Source: an uncultured Gammaproteobacteria bacterium (GTDB lineage Bacteria; Patescibacteriota; Patescibacteriia; UBA1558; GWA2-36-10). Taken from it: a DNA stretch of 64,000 nucleotides. The stretch spans positions 20,052 to 84,051 of the forward strand of contig CAYRIU010000007.1 of assembly GCA_964424615.1 (NCBI GenBank), written 5' to 3'. Below the pieces are notes generated by a model. It was not told the origin of the DNA. It saw only the letters and a list, made by a program, of their open reading frames with translations, and did no database searches. The position numbers and the translations under genes are program-made. Positions 29,436 to 39,088 of the stretch are shown here, piece after piece (position 1 is the stretch's first letter; every line of letters begins with the position of its first letter).

Positions 29436-30254
29436 TTATTTTTTTTCTATTACATAAGTAGTGCCATAACCAAAATTTCTGAGAAACTTTATATTTTTAT
29501 ATCTATCTAAAAATTTTATTAATGGCAATAAAAACTGAAAATGTGGCAAACATAAAGAAGATGCCTCATATTCGATAAGTTTAAAACCATACTTTACAAT
29601 CTTTTTTTGCATTATCCATGGGAATCTAAAAATATGCACTAAATCTTTATTACCGGTATAAAATTCATTCACACCCTCTCTCACAAATATAAGGGCTAAC
29701 AACATTCTCAAAATACCAAAAGGTAAAGCAAAAATCATCCTCTTACCTTTATACCAAAAGGCTCCCCTGCCGACTTGAACTAATGAACATAAATTCATAA
29801 TAGTTGGTATAGCTACTACAGCTCTATTCTTAGTAACACGCATCAATTCTGTCAAACCCTTATCAAAATTTGGTAAATGCTCCAAGACATGGGAGCTTAC
29901 AACCAAATCAAAACTATTGTCATCAAAGGGTAAATTTTCTGAATCAGCTAACAAAAAAGTTATATCACTAACCTTTTCTGTAGCTGCATATTTTACACAA
30001 GTATCAATATTTGGTTTAGATATGTCGCAAGCTGTCACTGAGGCGCCAGCCTTAGCCATCATAACAGCTAAAATACCTTCACCACAACCAGCATCCAAAA
30101 CTTTCATACCTGGTTTTATATACTTCAAAAAAACTAAGTATTGTTGTCTGTGTGCATATCTCCTTAATAGACTAGGAGACTCGAATCTTTTCACAATAAT
30201 ATTATCCGAATATTCACTGTAAAAATCTTTATTCTCTTTATAAATTTTTTGCAT
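29436..30254 (-). CDS. Class I SAM-dependent methyltransferase
   Basis: VLDAGCGEGILAV motif I and a downstream acidic motif. Confidence 0.8.
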   Translation of the reverse strand: MQKIYKENKDFYSEYSDNIIVKRFESPSLLRRYAHRQQYLVFLKYIKPGMKVLDAGCGEGILAVMMAKAGASVTACDISKPNIDTCVKYAATEKVSDITFLLADSENLPFDDNSFDLVVSSHVLEHLPNFDKGLTELMRVTKNRAVVAIPTIMNLCSLVQVGRGAFWYKGKRMIFALPFGILRMLLALIFVREGVNEFYTGNKDLVHIFRFPWIMQKKIVKYGFKLIEYEASSLCLPHFQFLLPLIKFLDRYKNIKFLRNFGYGTTYVIEKK

Positions 30255-31320
30255 TTTGATAAATTTCTAAATATTTTTTAACTACATTATCCCAGCTATT
30301 ATTTTTTGACCACTCAATACTAGCCTTCGAAAATGATTCTTTTAAATTAGAGTCTTCTAATATTTTTAAAATAGCTTGAGATGTTTGTTCAATATTATTT
30401 TGTTCAACAAGCAAGCCATTGAACCCTTCTGATACAGCGGCTGCAATACCATTATCCCTTGTACCTATGACTGGTAATCCTGCTGAAGCAGCCTCAAGAA
30501 AAACTAATCCGAATCCTTCAAAATGAAAATCATGATTTACAGAAGTTAATATAAATAACTCAGCAGATAGATATAATTCTCTTAATCTTTTATCATCAAT
30601 TGACCCTAAAAATACTACTCTATCTTTAATATTATTATCTATAATAATTTTTTGACACTCACTATAAATATTTTTATCAATATTACCAGCAATATAGTAT
30701 TTTATATTTGGATGTTTCTTGGCTACTCGAACAAATGCGGCAACAGAAATATGATAACCTTTTCTATAAGATAAATTACCCACACTTAGTATAAAAGGTT
30801 CTGACGGAATCTGCCTATCTCCAGAAAATTTTTCATGGTTAATCCCCAATGGAATCACTGAAGAGTTTTTCAACCATACTTCTTTTTTTATCTCATCTTC
30901 AATATATTGACTAATACACAAAACGCTATAAGCTCTAGTGTAAATATGTTTCACAAGCCAACGAGTTAATGGCTGATGCAAAGGTCTCACGGAATATGCC
31001 CCAGTAGCCGTGATAATATGCTTGATGCCCAAACCAAAACTAGCAAAATAGGCCGTAATAGCATAAGGATTTAGTTCTAAAGAATGAACTATATCAATAT
31101 TATTTTCTTTGATATAACGCCTTACTTTAAATGCAGTATAAATTGCTGACCACGATCTTTTTAAAATAGTAACTTCTCCATCAAAACCAGAATTAACTTC
31201 TGTTAATATCTTAACGTCATGACCACTATCAATCACACGAGTAATAATCTCTCTAGAAAATCTGCCCCAACCACTTTTTGTATCAAGAGAATTTGCTAAA
31301 TATAATATCTTCATAGACAC
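30238..31320 (-). CDS. Glycosyltransferase family 4
   Basis: 360 aa. GT-B fold with the C-terminal E...E motif region (FEGFGLVFLEAASAGLPVIGT). Confidence 0.85.
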   Translation of the reverse strand: MSMKILYLANSLDTKSGWGRFSREIITRVIDSGHDVKILTEVNSGFDGEVTILKRSWSAIYTAFKVRRYIKENNIDIVHSLELNPYAITAYFASFGLGIKHIITATGAYSVRPLHQPLTRWLVKHIYTRAYSVLCISQYIEDEIKKEVWLKNSSVIPLGINHEKFSGDRQIPSEPFILSVGNLSYRKGYHISVAAFVRVAKKHPNIKYYIAGNIDKNIYSECQKIIIDNNIKDRVVFLGSIDDKRLRELYLSAELFILTSVNHDFHFEGFGLVFLEAASAGLPVIGTRDNGIAAAVSEGFNGLLVEQNNIEQTSQAILKILEDSNLKESFSKASIEWSKNNSWDNVVKKYLEIYQNAKNL

Positions 31321-32451
31321 TTAAACCAAAAGAAATAAATTTTCTAATTTTTTCTCATCATCCAATATTAAAGCTTGCAAGGCAAACATACTAACCCAAG
31401 AGTTGACATGTTTTGCTTCTATACCATTGCTCATTTTACCAAAAAGAAACCCACCAACCTGAGATTTATTTGGCCCAAAATATTGATATTTTTTAATACT
31501 TAACAATATCTCATCTATTTTCTTATCAGAAATACCCAAAAGTATAGCTAATCGAGATATTTGAGCCAATATATCTACACGCTCATTATAATTAAAAACT
31601 TCTCCATGTTTATGACGTGGGACTATACCATCTTTAGTATTTAATAATGCCCATTCTACACCCTTTTTAGCAGCATTTAGATATTCTTGATTTTTTAAAA
31701 ACATACCTGCTACGTACAAACCTTCAGCTGAATAAGCGTGTGGGTGCAAATTAGTGCCATCTAAGTCGCCATAGGTTAAAAATTGACCATCTTGTTTCTG
31801 CTTTGTTAAAGCATAGTTACATAATTTTTCTGCTGCTATTTTATATTTTTCTTCATTTGTCAAATCATAAATATTCAGAAATCCTATAGCTAATTTGGCA
31901 TGATAAGGCCCTGCCTGAGTAGACCATGTTTTACTATGATCTTTAATCAAACCATCATCTTTACCAACCTGAGCTGCTATTGAACCATCTGTATCCTGAA
32001 AAGATATCAGCCAATCAGCCGCTTTTCTAGCAGCTAATAAATATTTTTCGTCTTTATTGTATCTATACAAATTTGCCAACCCATTAGCTATCATACCAAT
32101 ATCAAAAGAATGAAATTCTTCTGGTTTAATTGGTCCATTTTTTTGTGAATGATAATAGGCCGTAAGAAAAGCACCGCTACTATTTTGTTTTTTTAACAAC
32201 CAATCTCCTATAATAATAGCTTTATCAAATAAAATATTATCGTTAGTAACTTTATATAAATATAAAAAAGTGGTTAGTGCATAACCTGTAATTTCTAAAT
32301 AGGCGTAGGAAAATTGATTATTTTCTAAATCATACCAGGCATTAAAACTGCCTGCCAAATCATTTCCCTCAGTATCCAAAATATCAGCACTATTTTGAAC
32401 ACCTGAATGCATAAACCAATCTATAGCTGCTTTAACTTCTTTTTTTTGCAT
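31321..32451 (-). CDS. Hypothetical protein, possibly an (alpha/alpha)6-barrel family enzyme
   Basis: 376 aa and soluble. Repeated aromatic/Gly-rich helical hairpin pattern. Family assignment is not secure. Confidence 0.4.
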   Translation of the reverse strand: MQKKEVKAAIDWFMHSGVQNSADILDTEGNDLAGSFNAWYDLENNQFSYAYLEITGYALTTFLYLYKVTNDNILFDKAIIIGDWLLKKQNSSGAFLTAYYHSQKNGPIKPEEFHSFDIGMIANGLANLYRYNKDEKYLLAARKAADWLISFQDTDGSIAAQVGKDDGLIKDHSKTWSTQAGPYHAKLAIGFLNIYDLTNEEKYKIAAEKLCNYALTKQKQDGQFLTYGDLDGTNLHPHAYSAEGLYVAGMFLKNQEYLNAAKKGVEWALLNTKDGIVPRHKHGEVFNYNERVDILAQISRLAILLGISDKKIDEILLSIKKYQYFGPNKSQVGGFLFGKMSNGIEAKHVNSWVSMFALQALILDDEKKLENLFLLV

Positions 32452-33145
32452 ATTTCATTTTAAAATTATTTATTTCCTCTGGCGTTGGCCATTTAAATTT
32501 TGTAGCTTGTGATTCATCTTGTGGTATGCGAATAATATTACCTTGCTCTATATTTTTAATAGCCTCAACAAAAAGTTTAGCCGCTAATGGAACACTTTTT
32601 TTTCTTAATGATTCAACCGTATCATTATCGACAACTTGAATCGGTTGTTGTAAAAATATATCACCATCATCAAGACCTGGGTTAACCCAATGTATTGTCA
32701 CTCCCGCGTATTGCGTCTCGTCATTATACAGCATCCAAAACTCAGATTTTCCACCCCTGTATTTTGGTAATAATGAGGAATGGGCATTGAGACAACCAAT
32801 TTTAGGTATTGCCAAAACATCAGAACGTATAATTTTAGTTCCGTACAAAAGTAAAATATCAGCATCAGATGTTTTTAATATCAATTGTGATTCAATGCTA
32901 TTATGTTTATCGATAAAAGAATATGGTATATTATTTTTACGAAGAATATCCCTTGGCTCCTTAAAACTTGCTGTATGCATTATATTATTAATACGATGCT
33001 TCCAGCTAATCCTCTGTATATTTTTTGGAGAAAAAATAACGCCTACTAATTCTACTTTAGCATCAATTAAATTTTTTATAACCTCATAAGAGGCTGGTAA
33101 ATAACTCGTAAATAAAAAAACTTTTACAGATTTTTTTTTGTCCAT
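32432..33145 (-). CDS. Formyltransferase-domain protein (Fmt/ArnA-N-like sugar N-formyltransferase candidate)
   Basis: 237 aa. Formyl_trans_N pattern (LNAHSSLLPKYRGG...HWVNPGLDDGDI). Confidence 0.75.
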   Translation of the reverse strand: MDKKKSVKVFLFTSYLPASYEVIKNLIDAKVELVGVIFSPKNIQRISWKHRINNIMHTASFKEPRDILRKNNIPYSFIDKHNSIESQLILKTSDADILLLYGTKIIRSDVLAIPKIGCLNAHSSLLPKYRGGKSEFWMLYNDETQYAGVTIHWVNPGLDDGDIFLQQPIQVVDNDTVESLRKKSVPLAAKLFVEAIKNIEQGNIIRIPQDESQATKFKWPTPEEINNFKMKYAKKRS

Positions 33146-34101
33146 TCTATATTTAATCTTAAGCCTTCATTAATACCAACTTTTGGACTCCAGCCAAAAA
33201 GATTTTTAGCTTTAGTGTAATCAGAGGTTAGTTTTGTCACCTCAGCTGGCCTTTCTGCGATATATAATATTTCTGAGCTAGAACCAGAAATTTCTTTTAT
33301 ACTTTCTGCAATCTCTTTTATGCTAATACCATGACCAGCGCCAAAGTTCACTACTTCCCCAATAGCTTTTGGATGTATGCCCATTATTAGAAAACCATCT
33401 ACTGTATCTGAAACATACGTAAAATCACGACTTTGTTCACCTGTGCCATAAATTGTTAAAGGTTTATTATTCAAAGCGAGGTTTATAAACTTGGGTATGA
33501 CATCATAAGTATGCCTTGGTCCATAAGTATTAAATGGACGAATAATAGCGATTGGCAAATTATATGTAATATACCATGAATAGGCTGCCCGATCAGCCGC
33601 TACTTTTGAGGCGCCATATGGAGATGTAGGATTAAGTAAATTTTTCTCACTGATAGGATCTGCATAACTACCATAGACTTCACTAGAAGATGTAATCACT
33701 ATTCGCTCAATATTATCTAGACCTCTGGCTGCTTCTAAAATATTCAAAGTACCCCCCAAATTTACATCAAAAACCTCAAGTGGTTGCTCAAAACTTTTTG
33801 GAACATATGCCTCAGCAGCAAGATGTAATATAATTTGCGGCTCAATCTTTCTGATAAGTTCCATGGAATCCCTAGAGGCAATATTACCGGTAATTATATG
33901 TTTAAATTTATTTTTTAAATGTGCAATATTCTTAAAATTAAGATCTCCTCCTCTATCTGATACAGAGGTACCTCGAACAAAAATAGATACTATGGCACCC
34001 AAATCTAACAATTTTTCCACTACATGTGAACCCATGAAGCCGTCTGCTCCAGTTACTAAAACATGTTTATTTTTATAATTACCAAATTGATAATCGGTCA
34101 T
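33124..34101 (-). CDS. NAD-dependent epimerase/dehydratase (SDR family, nucleotide-sugar 4,6-dehydratase or 4-epimerase-like)
   Basis: 325 aa. Rossmann motif VLVTGADGFMGSHVV and a YxxxK catalytic region. Confidence 0.85.
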   Translation of the reverse strand: MTDYQFGNYKNKHVLVTGADGFMGSHVVEKLLDLGAIVSIFVRGTSVSDRGGDLNFKNIAHLKNKFKHIITGNIASRDSMELIRKIEPQIILHLAAEAYVPKSFEQPLEVFDVNLGGTLNILEAARGLDNIERIVITSSSEVYGSYADPISEKNLLNPTSPYGASKVAADRAAYSWYITYNLPIAIIRPFNTYGPRHTYDVIPKFINLALNNKPLTIYGTGEQSRDFTYVSDTVDGFLIMGIHPKAIGEVVNFGAGHGISIKEIAESIKEISGSSSEILYIAERPAEVTKLTSDYTKAKNLFGWSPKVGINEGLRLNIEWTKKNL

Positions 34102-34184
34102 AATAATTATTTAATATTAATTTTAACAACACTAATACTAACACACGTAAATACTAAAAACAATGGTGTATTATATATTTTTTA

Positions 34185-35270
34185 CTATAAAATATCATTA
34201 CAGATATTAATAATTTTTTTGCTTGTATCACCATCACCAAATGGGTTTGCCCAATTTTTCTCTGTTGATAACATACTTTTAACTGATTCCAAAATTTTAT
34301 CAGGATTAGTGCCAGCCAAAATATTAACACCCACCTCAACTGTTTCTGGCCTTTCAGTCTCATCACGCATTGTAACGCAAGGCACACGAAGAATACACGC
34401 TTCTTCTTGCAGACCACCAGAATCCGTCAGTACTATTTTGGCTCCAGCTTCTAATTGCAAAAATTCTAGATAGCCCAATGGCTCGATGACAATAATATTA
34501 TCATTAGTTATATTTAAACTAAATTTATCTAAATTTTTTTTTGTTCTAGGATGCATAGGAAATATCATTGGCATATCTAGATCCTTCTGCACCAAAGATA
34601 TACCATCGATAATACCTTTTAGGCCTGTATAATTATCAACATTTTCAGCTCGATGAGCAGTAACTAAAATATACTCACCTTTTTTTATATTTAATTTATC
34701 AAAAATATTTACCTTTTTTTCAGCTACTTTCAGGTTTTGCTGAACAGCCTCAACTATAGTATTGCCAGTCAAAAATAATTTATGTTCATCTATTTTTTCA
34801 TCTTGTAATTTACCAAATGCATCTGAAGTTGGCACAAATAATAAATCAGAAATATGGTCAACAATAATACGAGTAATTTCCTCTAGCATATCTAAATTAT
34901 GACTACGCAAACCAGCCTCTACATGTCCTACTTTTATACCCAATTTATTGGCTGCCAAAGCACCAGATAAAACACTATTGGTGTCACCTAAAACCAAAAC
35001 TACCTCTGGCTTTTCTTTTTCAAGTACTGCCATAATACTAGGAATCATCAATCCAACTTCCTTACGATATTCGTTTCCATTGATGCCCAAATTATATTTA
35101 GGTTGTTCTAGCTCTAGATCCTCAAAAAATTTTTGATCCATATTATAGCTATAATGCTGACCGGTATGCAAAACAAAAAAATCTAAATCATTTTTTTTAC
35201 ATAAACGAATAATAGGAGACATCTTGATAATCTCTGGTCTAGTGCCTAAAATAATACATATTTTATTCAT
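34185..35270 (-). CDS. wecB: UDP-N-acetylglucosamine 2-epimerase (non-hydrolysing)
   Basis: 361 aa. N-terminal ICIILGTRPEIIKMSP and the conserved HVEAGLRS motif. Confidence 0.9.
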   Translation of the reverse strand: MNKICIILGTRPEIIKMSPIIRLCKKNDLDFFVLHTGQHYSYNMDQKFFEDLELEQPKYNLGINGNEYRKEVGLMIPSIMAVLEKEKPEVVLVLGDTNSVLSGALAANKLGIKVGHVEAGLRSHNLDMLEEITRIIVDHISDLLFVPTSDAFGKLQDEKIDEHKLFLTGNTIVEAVQQNLKVAEKKVNIFDKLNIKKGEYILVTAHRAENVDNYTGLKGIIDGISLVQKDLDMPMIFPMHPRTKKNLDKFSLNITNDNIIVIEPLGYLEFLQLEAGAKIVLTDSGGLQEEACILRVPCVTMRDETERPETVEVGVNILAGTNPDKILESVKSMLSTEKNWANPFGDGDTSKKIINICNDIL

Positions 35271-35319
35271 AATTTCAGATAGTTACTTGTTTTATATAAT
35301 GAATCGTCATTTTTAAAAT

Positions 35320-36051
35320 CTAGTTTAAAAAAATATCATCTAAATTTTTTTTTCTAGCAACCACGCCTATTTGCTGGGCAGCCTGAGGAAAAATCTTCAT
35401 AAACAATTTATCCAATATATTTTTTGGCTTTCCAATATAAGATATATTTTCTATCTGTAAACCATGCATATTAAGAATCTGACGAAGCATAGCTGGGCTA
35501 AAAAATATTTTATGCTGTGGCTGAGTGTACAATTTCTTTTCAATATTTCTTAAAGATATAAAATTATCTTTTGCTTCATTATAGGTTAACTCTGTCACAT
35601 CGCCCATTGAATCTTTTTTTCTAAAATAAATACGAAATACATTAATATAGCTAAATACATTAGGAGTGTCTATTATTAAAAATCCATCATCCTTTAATAT
35701 CCTAGCACACTCTAAAATCATTTCTCCTGGCTTCCATGAATGCTCAATAATTTCCCCGGCATAAATACAATCAAATGTCTTGTCTGGCACCACAGTAGAG
35801 AGGTTGTGCAAATCCCCAATGTATTGATTCTGAATACCAAGTTTTTCTGCTAAGTTCTTATTAACATCGAGTCCGAAATATTCACCACCATTAGTTTTGA
35901 TTATTTTTTCTATATCTATATTTTTTTCTCCATCACCAAGATTACCAACATCTAATATTTTAATTTTTTTATCTTTTATAAAATAAGAAAGGTGTTCAGT
36001 GCGTGAACGAAAAAACAATGAATCTTTTATACTAAAAAAATTATTTCTCAT
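35320..36051 (-). CDS. Class I SAM-dependent methyltransferase
   Basis: 243 aa with a Methyltransf_11-like core (ILDVGN...FDCIYAGEIIEH). Confidence 0.75.
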   Translation of the reverse strand: MRNNFFSIKDSLFFRSRTEHLSYFIKDKKIKILDVGNLGDGEKNIDIEKIIKTNGGEYFGLDVNKNLAEKLGIQNQYIGDLHNLSTVVPDKTFDCIYAGEIIEHSWKPGEMILECARILKDDGFLIIDTPNVFSYINVFRIYFRKKDSMGDVTELTYNEAKDNFISLRNIEKKLYTQPQHKIFFSPAMLRQILNMHGLQIENISYIGKPKNILDKLFMKIFPQAAQQIGVVARKKNLDDIFLN

Positions 36052-36055
36052 AAAC

Positions 36056-37111
36056 TTATCTTATATCATTTATAATACTACTGACTATCCTATGGGCGGT
36101 CATTCCATCCCAAAGTGGTATGGAGATATTTTGTTTATTATAATTAATTTTTTTGTACCCATTTAAAATTGATTTTTTGGTCACTCCAGCTAAAATATTT
36201 GTCCCCAACTCTACTGTAATTGGTCTTTCAGTTTCAGTTCTAATAGTCAAACATGGCACCCCCAAAACACTAGCCTCCTCCTGAATACCACCTGAATCAG
36301 TCAAAATTAATTTGGCATTTTTCTGATAGTATAAAGATTTTTTATATGATAATGGTTCCAATATTTTACAAATATTTTCTAGTCTCTTTAATAAACCAAA
36401 TTTTTCTGCCATATTTTTGGTTCTGGGATGAAGAGGTAAATATATGATAGCATCTTTTGCTATAATCTCAAGAGTATCCAAAATTTCTGTAAATATACTT
36501 TTATCATCAACATTTTCTGCTCTGTGTAATGTGCAAAAATAAAATTCTTCTTTAGATTCCTCTATTTGCGGTAAAAAATGCACCAAATTATCTATCATGA
36601 TGTTCCCAACTAAAACGATTTGCCCTCTTAATTTTTCATTTTGCAAATTTTCAACTGCATCTTCAGATGAGGCTAAGAGAAAATCAGATAATTGATCAGT
36701 GAGAATACGATTGTGTTCCTCTGGCATTTTATAATTTCTAGATCTTAAACCAGCTTCTACATGGGCTAGCTTTATTCCTAGTTTATTGGCAACAAGAGAG
36801 GCTACTAAGGTAGAATTTACATCACCAACTACTACCACTAAATCTACTTTCTCTTTCAAAAAAATATTTTCTAACTGCACCATAATATCAGCCATTTGCA
36901 CTATCACCGAGTGTCTACTTGGTTGTAAATTGTAATCAAATTGCAAATCAAACTCATCCAAAAAATCCTTAGACATATTAGCGTCAAAATGTTGACCTGT
37001 ATTAATCGTGACAAAATTTATATGACTTTTTTTTAACTCACGATAAAGTGGTGCGATTTTAATAAAATTTGGTCGAGCCCCACCTATTAAAGCTATTTTC
37101 TTAAATGTCAT
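36056..37111 (-). CDS. UDP-N-acetylglucosamine 2-epimerase (second paralog)
   Basis: 351 aa. IALIGGARPNFIKIAP and HVEAGLRS motifs. Confidence 0.88.
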   Translation of the reverse strand: MTFKKIALIGGARPNFIKIAPLYRELKKSHINFVTINTGQHFDANMSKDFLDEFDLQFDYNLQPSRHSVIVQMADIMVQLENIFLKEKVDLVVVVGDVNSTLVASLVANKLGIKLAHVEAGLRSRNYKMPEEHNRILTDQLSDFLLASSEDAVENLQNEKLRGQIVLVGNIMIDNLVHFLPQIEESKEEFYFCTLHRAENVDDKSIFTEILDTLEIIAKDAIIYLPLHPRTKNMAEKFGLLKRLENICKILEPLSYKKSLYYQKNAKLILTDSGGIQEEASVLGVPCLTIRTETERPITVELGTNILAGVTKKSILNGYKKINYNKQNISIPLWDGMTAHRIVSSIINDIR

Positions 37112-38267
37112 ACTGTTTAATAAATTGTAAAATATTCATTGACCTCTTTTCCCAAGTATATTGCTCAATATCTATCATGGCTCTCTGGCTAATATTTTGG
37201 GCTAATTTATCGTCAATAAAAATCTTAATAATAGCACCAGCAAAACTTTCAGTATTGCCTGGTTTGACTAACAGGGAATTAGACTCATTCAAAATCTCCC
37301 TAATGGCTGGCAAATCTGTAGAAATTATTGGCACACCAGAGGCCATATATTCAAACATTTTTAAAGGGGACATATAAAGACGATAGTGTTTTTGATCTGG
37401 ATAAGCCATTAATAATGCATCTGCTGATTTTTCATATTTTATGACTTCATTTTTGTTGACGTGTCCAATAAGTTGATAATTTTCTGGACCAATATTTAAT
37501 TCATTTAATATTTTTTTAGTATATTCAATTTCTTTTTTATCTAAACCAACGACCAATAAATAGGCTTTCGTATATTGAGATAAAACTTCCTTAAATGATG
37601 CGAAAATTAAACTCATTCCTTTTTCCTGGCCCATGGTGGTCAACTTACCAATATAGGCGATTATCTGTCTATCTTGAGGTAAATATAAATCTTTCCTGAG
37701 TATAATTTTGTTTCCATTTACTTGCCTAAAACTATTTAAATCTACGCCATCAGGGGCCACTAAAATTTTATTTTCATTTATACCAAAATCGACTAATTCT
37801 TTTTTTATGCCATTACTGATGGTTACAAAATAAACGCGACTATATATATATCTACGAAACCAATTTATATTTTCTGACCAAGTATGAATTTCATAATATA
37901 ACTGATATTTACCAAACAGAGATAACATTGCTAAGATAAAATAATCACGAGAGTAAATTACCCCACGATATTTTATTTTTTTTAAATAAATAATACAAGA
38001 AATTGCAAAAGAGATACTTTGTAAAATAAAACCAAAACTATTATTAAAAATTTTTATAGCATCAACAACTGGTATTTTTTTTATCTTAAATTTATTAGTA
38101 ATATCATAAAAAGAAAAAATATCTTCCTTAATCCAATTATTACGATTAGAGATAATTAGCTCTAATTCGTCTCCAGAATCAACAAAAGCCTCACACATTT
38201 TGACAATTTGTGTTCCATGCGCTTTTTCTGTGGGAATTCTAGAATTAGCTAAATATATTATTCTCAT
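37101..38267 (-). CDS. Glycosyltransferase family 4
   Basis: 388 aa, GT-B fold, Glycos_transf_1 C-terminal domain. Confidence 0.8.
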   Translation of the reverse strand: MRIIYLANSRIPTEKAHGTQIVKMCEAFVDSGDELELIISNRNNWIKEDIFSFYDITNKFKIKKIPVVDAIKIFNNSFGFILQSISFAISCIIYLKKIKYRGVIYSRDYFILAMLSLFGKYQLYYEIHTWSENINWFRRYIYSRVYFVTISNGIKKELVDFGINENKILVAPDGVDLNSFRQVNGNKIILRKDLYLPQDRQIIAYIGKLTTMGQEKGMSLIFASFKEVLSQYTKAYLLVVGLDKKEIEYTKKILNELNIGPENYQLIGHVNKNEVIKYEKSADALLMAYPDQKHYRLYMSPLKMFEYMASGVPIISTDLPAIREILNESNSLLVKPGNTESFAGAIIKIFIDDKLAQNISQRAMIDIEQYTWEKRSMNILQFIKQYDI

Positions 38268-39079
38268 TTAATTTTATTTATTAATTTCAAAGATCGGAAA
38301 ATCAACAAAAAATTATAGTATATTTGAAATAATTCGTAATTTAATGGTAACTTTTTACCATGTTTAAATTGTATCAAAAATAATCTCCAAAAATAACCCA
38401 AGGAAGCCCTTAAATGCCAAAGGAAAACCCACTTAAACCAACTCCTAAAAGTCAGGGCGCCCCAAGTCTTTAATTGCATATTTAAATACTTTAAAGATTT
38501 TTTCTTAAACTCTCTAAACGTAGGAAATGGCACATAAAGTGATTGATTTAACTTTACTACCTTGCTACTCATATTAAAAATTAATTTTTCGTGAATTGGT
38601 TTGGCATATTTAGTACCTGTGATAGTATTGAATAGTCTTATTTGATAATTAGGGTAGGTACTTGATAATTCTATAATTTTTCCTTCTATTAAATATTTTC
38701 TACTGATATTATATAAATTATCTTTGATATTAAAATCTAATCCTTTGATAGTCTCAACCAACTCCTTACTAACAAACTCATCTGAATCTAAAATAAAAAC
38801 CCATTCATATTTTGCATTAGCTATCAATTGATTCCTCAAGCCACTAAAATCTTTTATACTACCATCGACATTTTTAAATTTTTTATCCTGAATAATAATC
38901 TTACAACCATGTCTTCTGGCAATATCCAATGTATCATCTGTACTACCACCATCATTAATAATAATTTCTGCAAAATCATTAACTGATTGCAGGCATTTAT
39001 CTAATGATTGAGCGGAATTGAAAGTCAATATTAAAACAGAGCATGGTATATTGTTTGTGTTTAGACTATTTATTATCAT
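38264..39079 (-). CDS. Glycosyltransferase family 2
   Basis: 271 aa. N-terminal GT-A motif (SVLILTFNSAQSL...INDGGSTDDT) and DxD (LDSDE). Confidence 0.85.
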   Translation of the reverse strand: MIINSLNTNNIPCSVLILTFNSAQSLDKCLQSVNDFAEIIINDGGSTDDTLDIARRHGCKIIIQDKKFKNVDGSIKDFSGLRNQLIANAKYEWVFILDSDEFVSKELVETIKGLDFNIKDNLYNISRKYLIEGKIIELSSTYPNYQIRLFNTITGTKYAKPIHEKLIFNMSSKVVKLNQSLYVPFPTFREFKKKSLKYLNMQLKTWGALTFRSWFKWVFLWHLRASLGYFWRLFLIQFKHGKKLPLNYELFQIYYNFLLIFRSLKLINKIK

Positions 39080-39088
39080 AAAATAAAA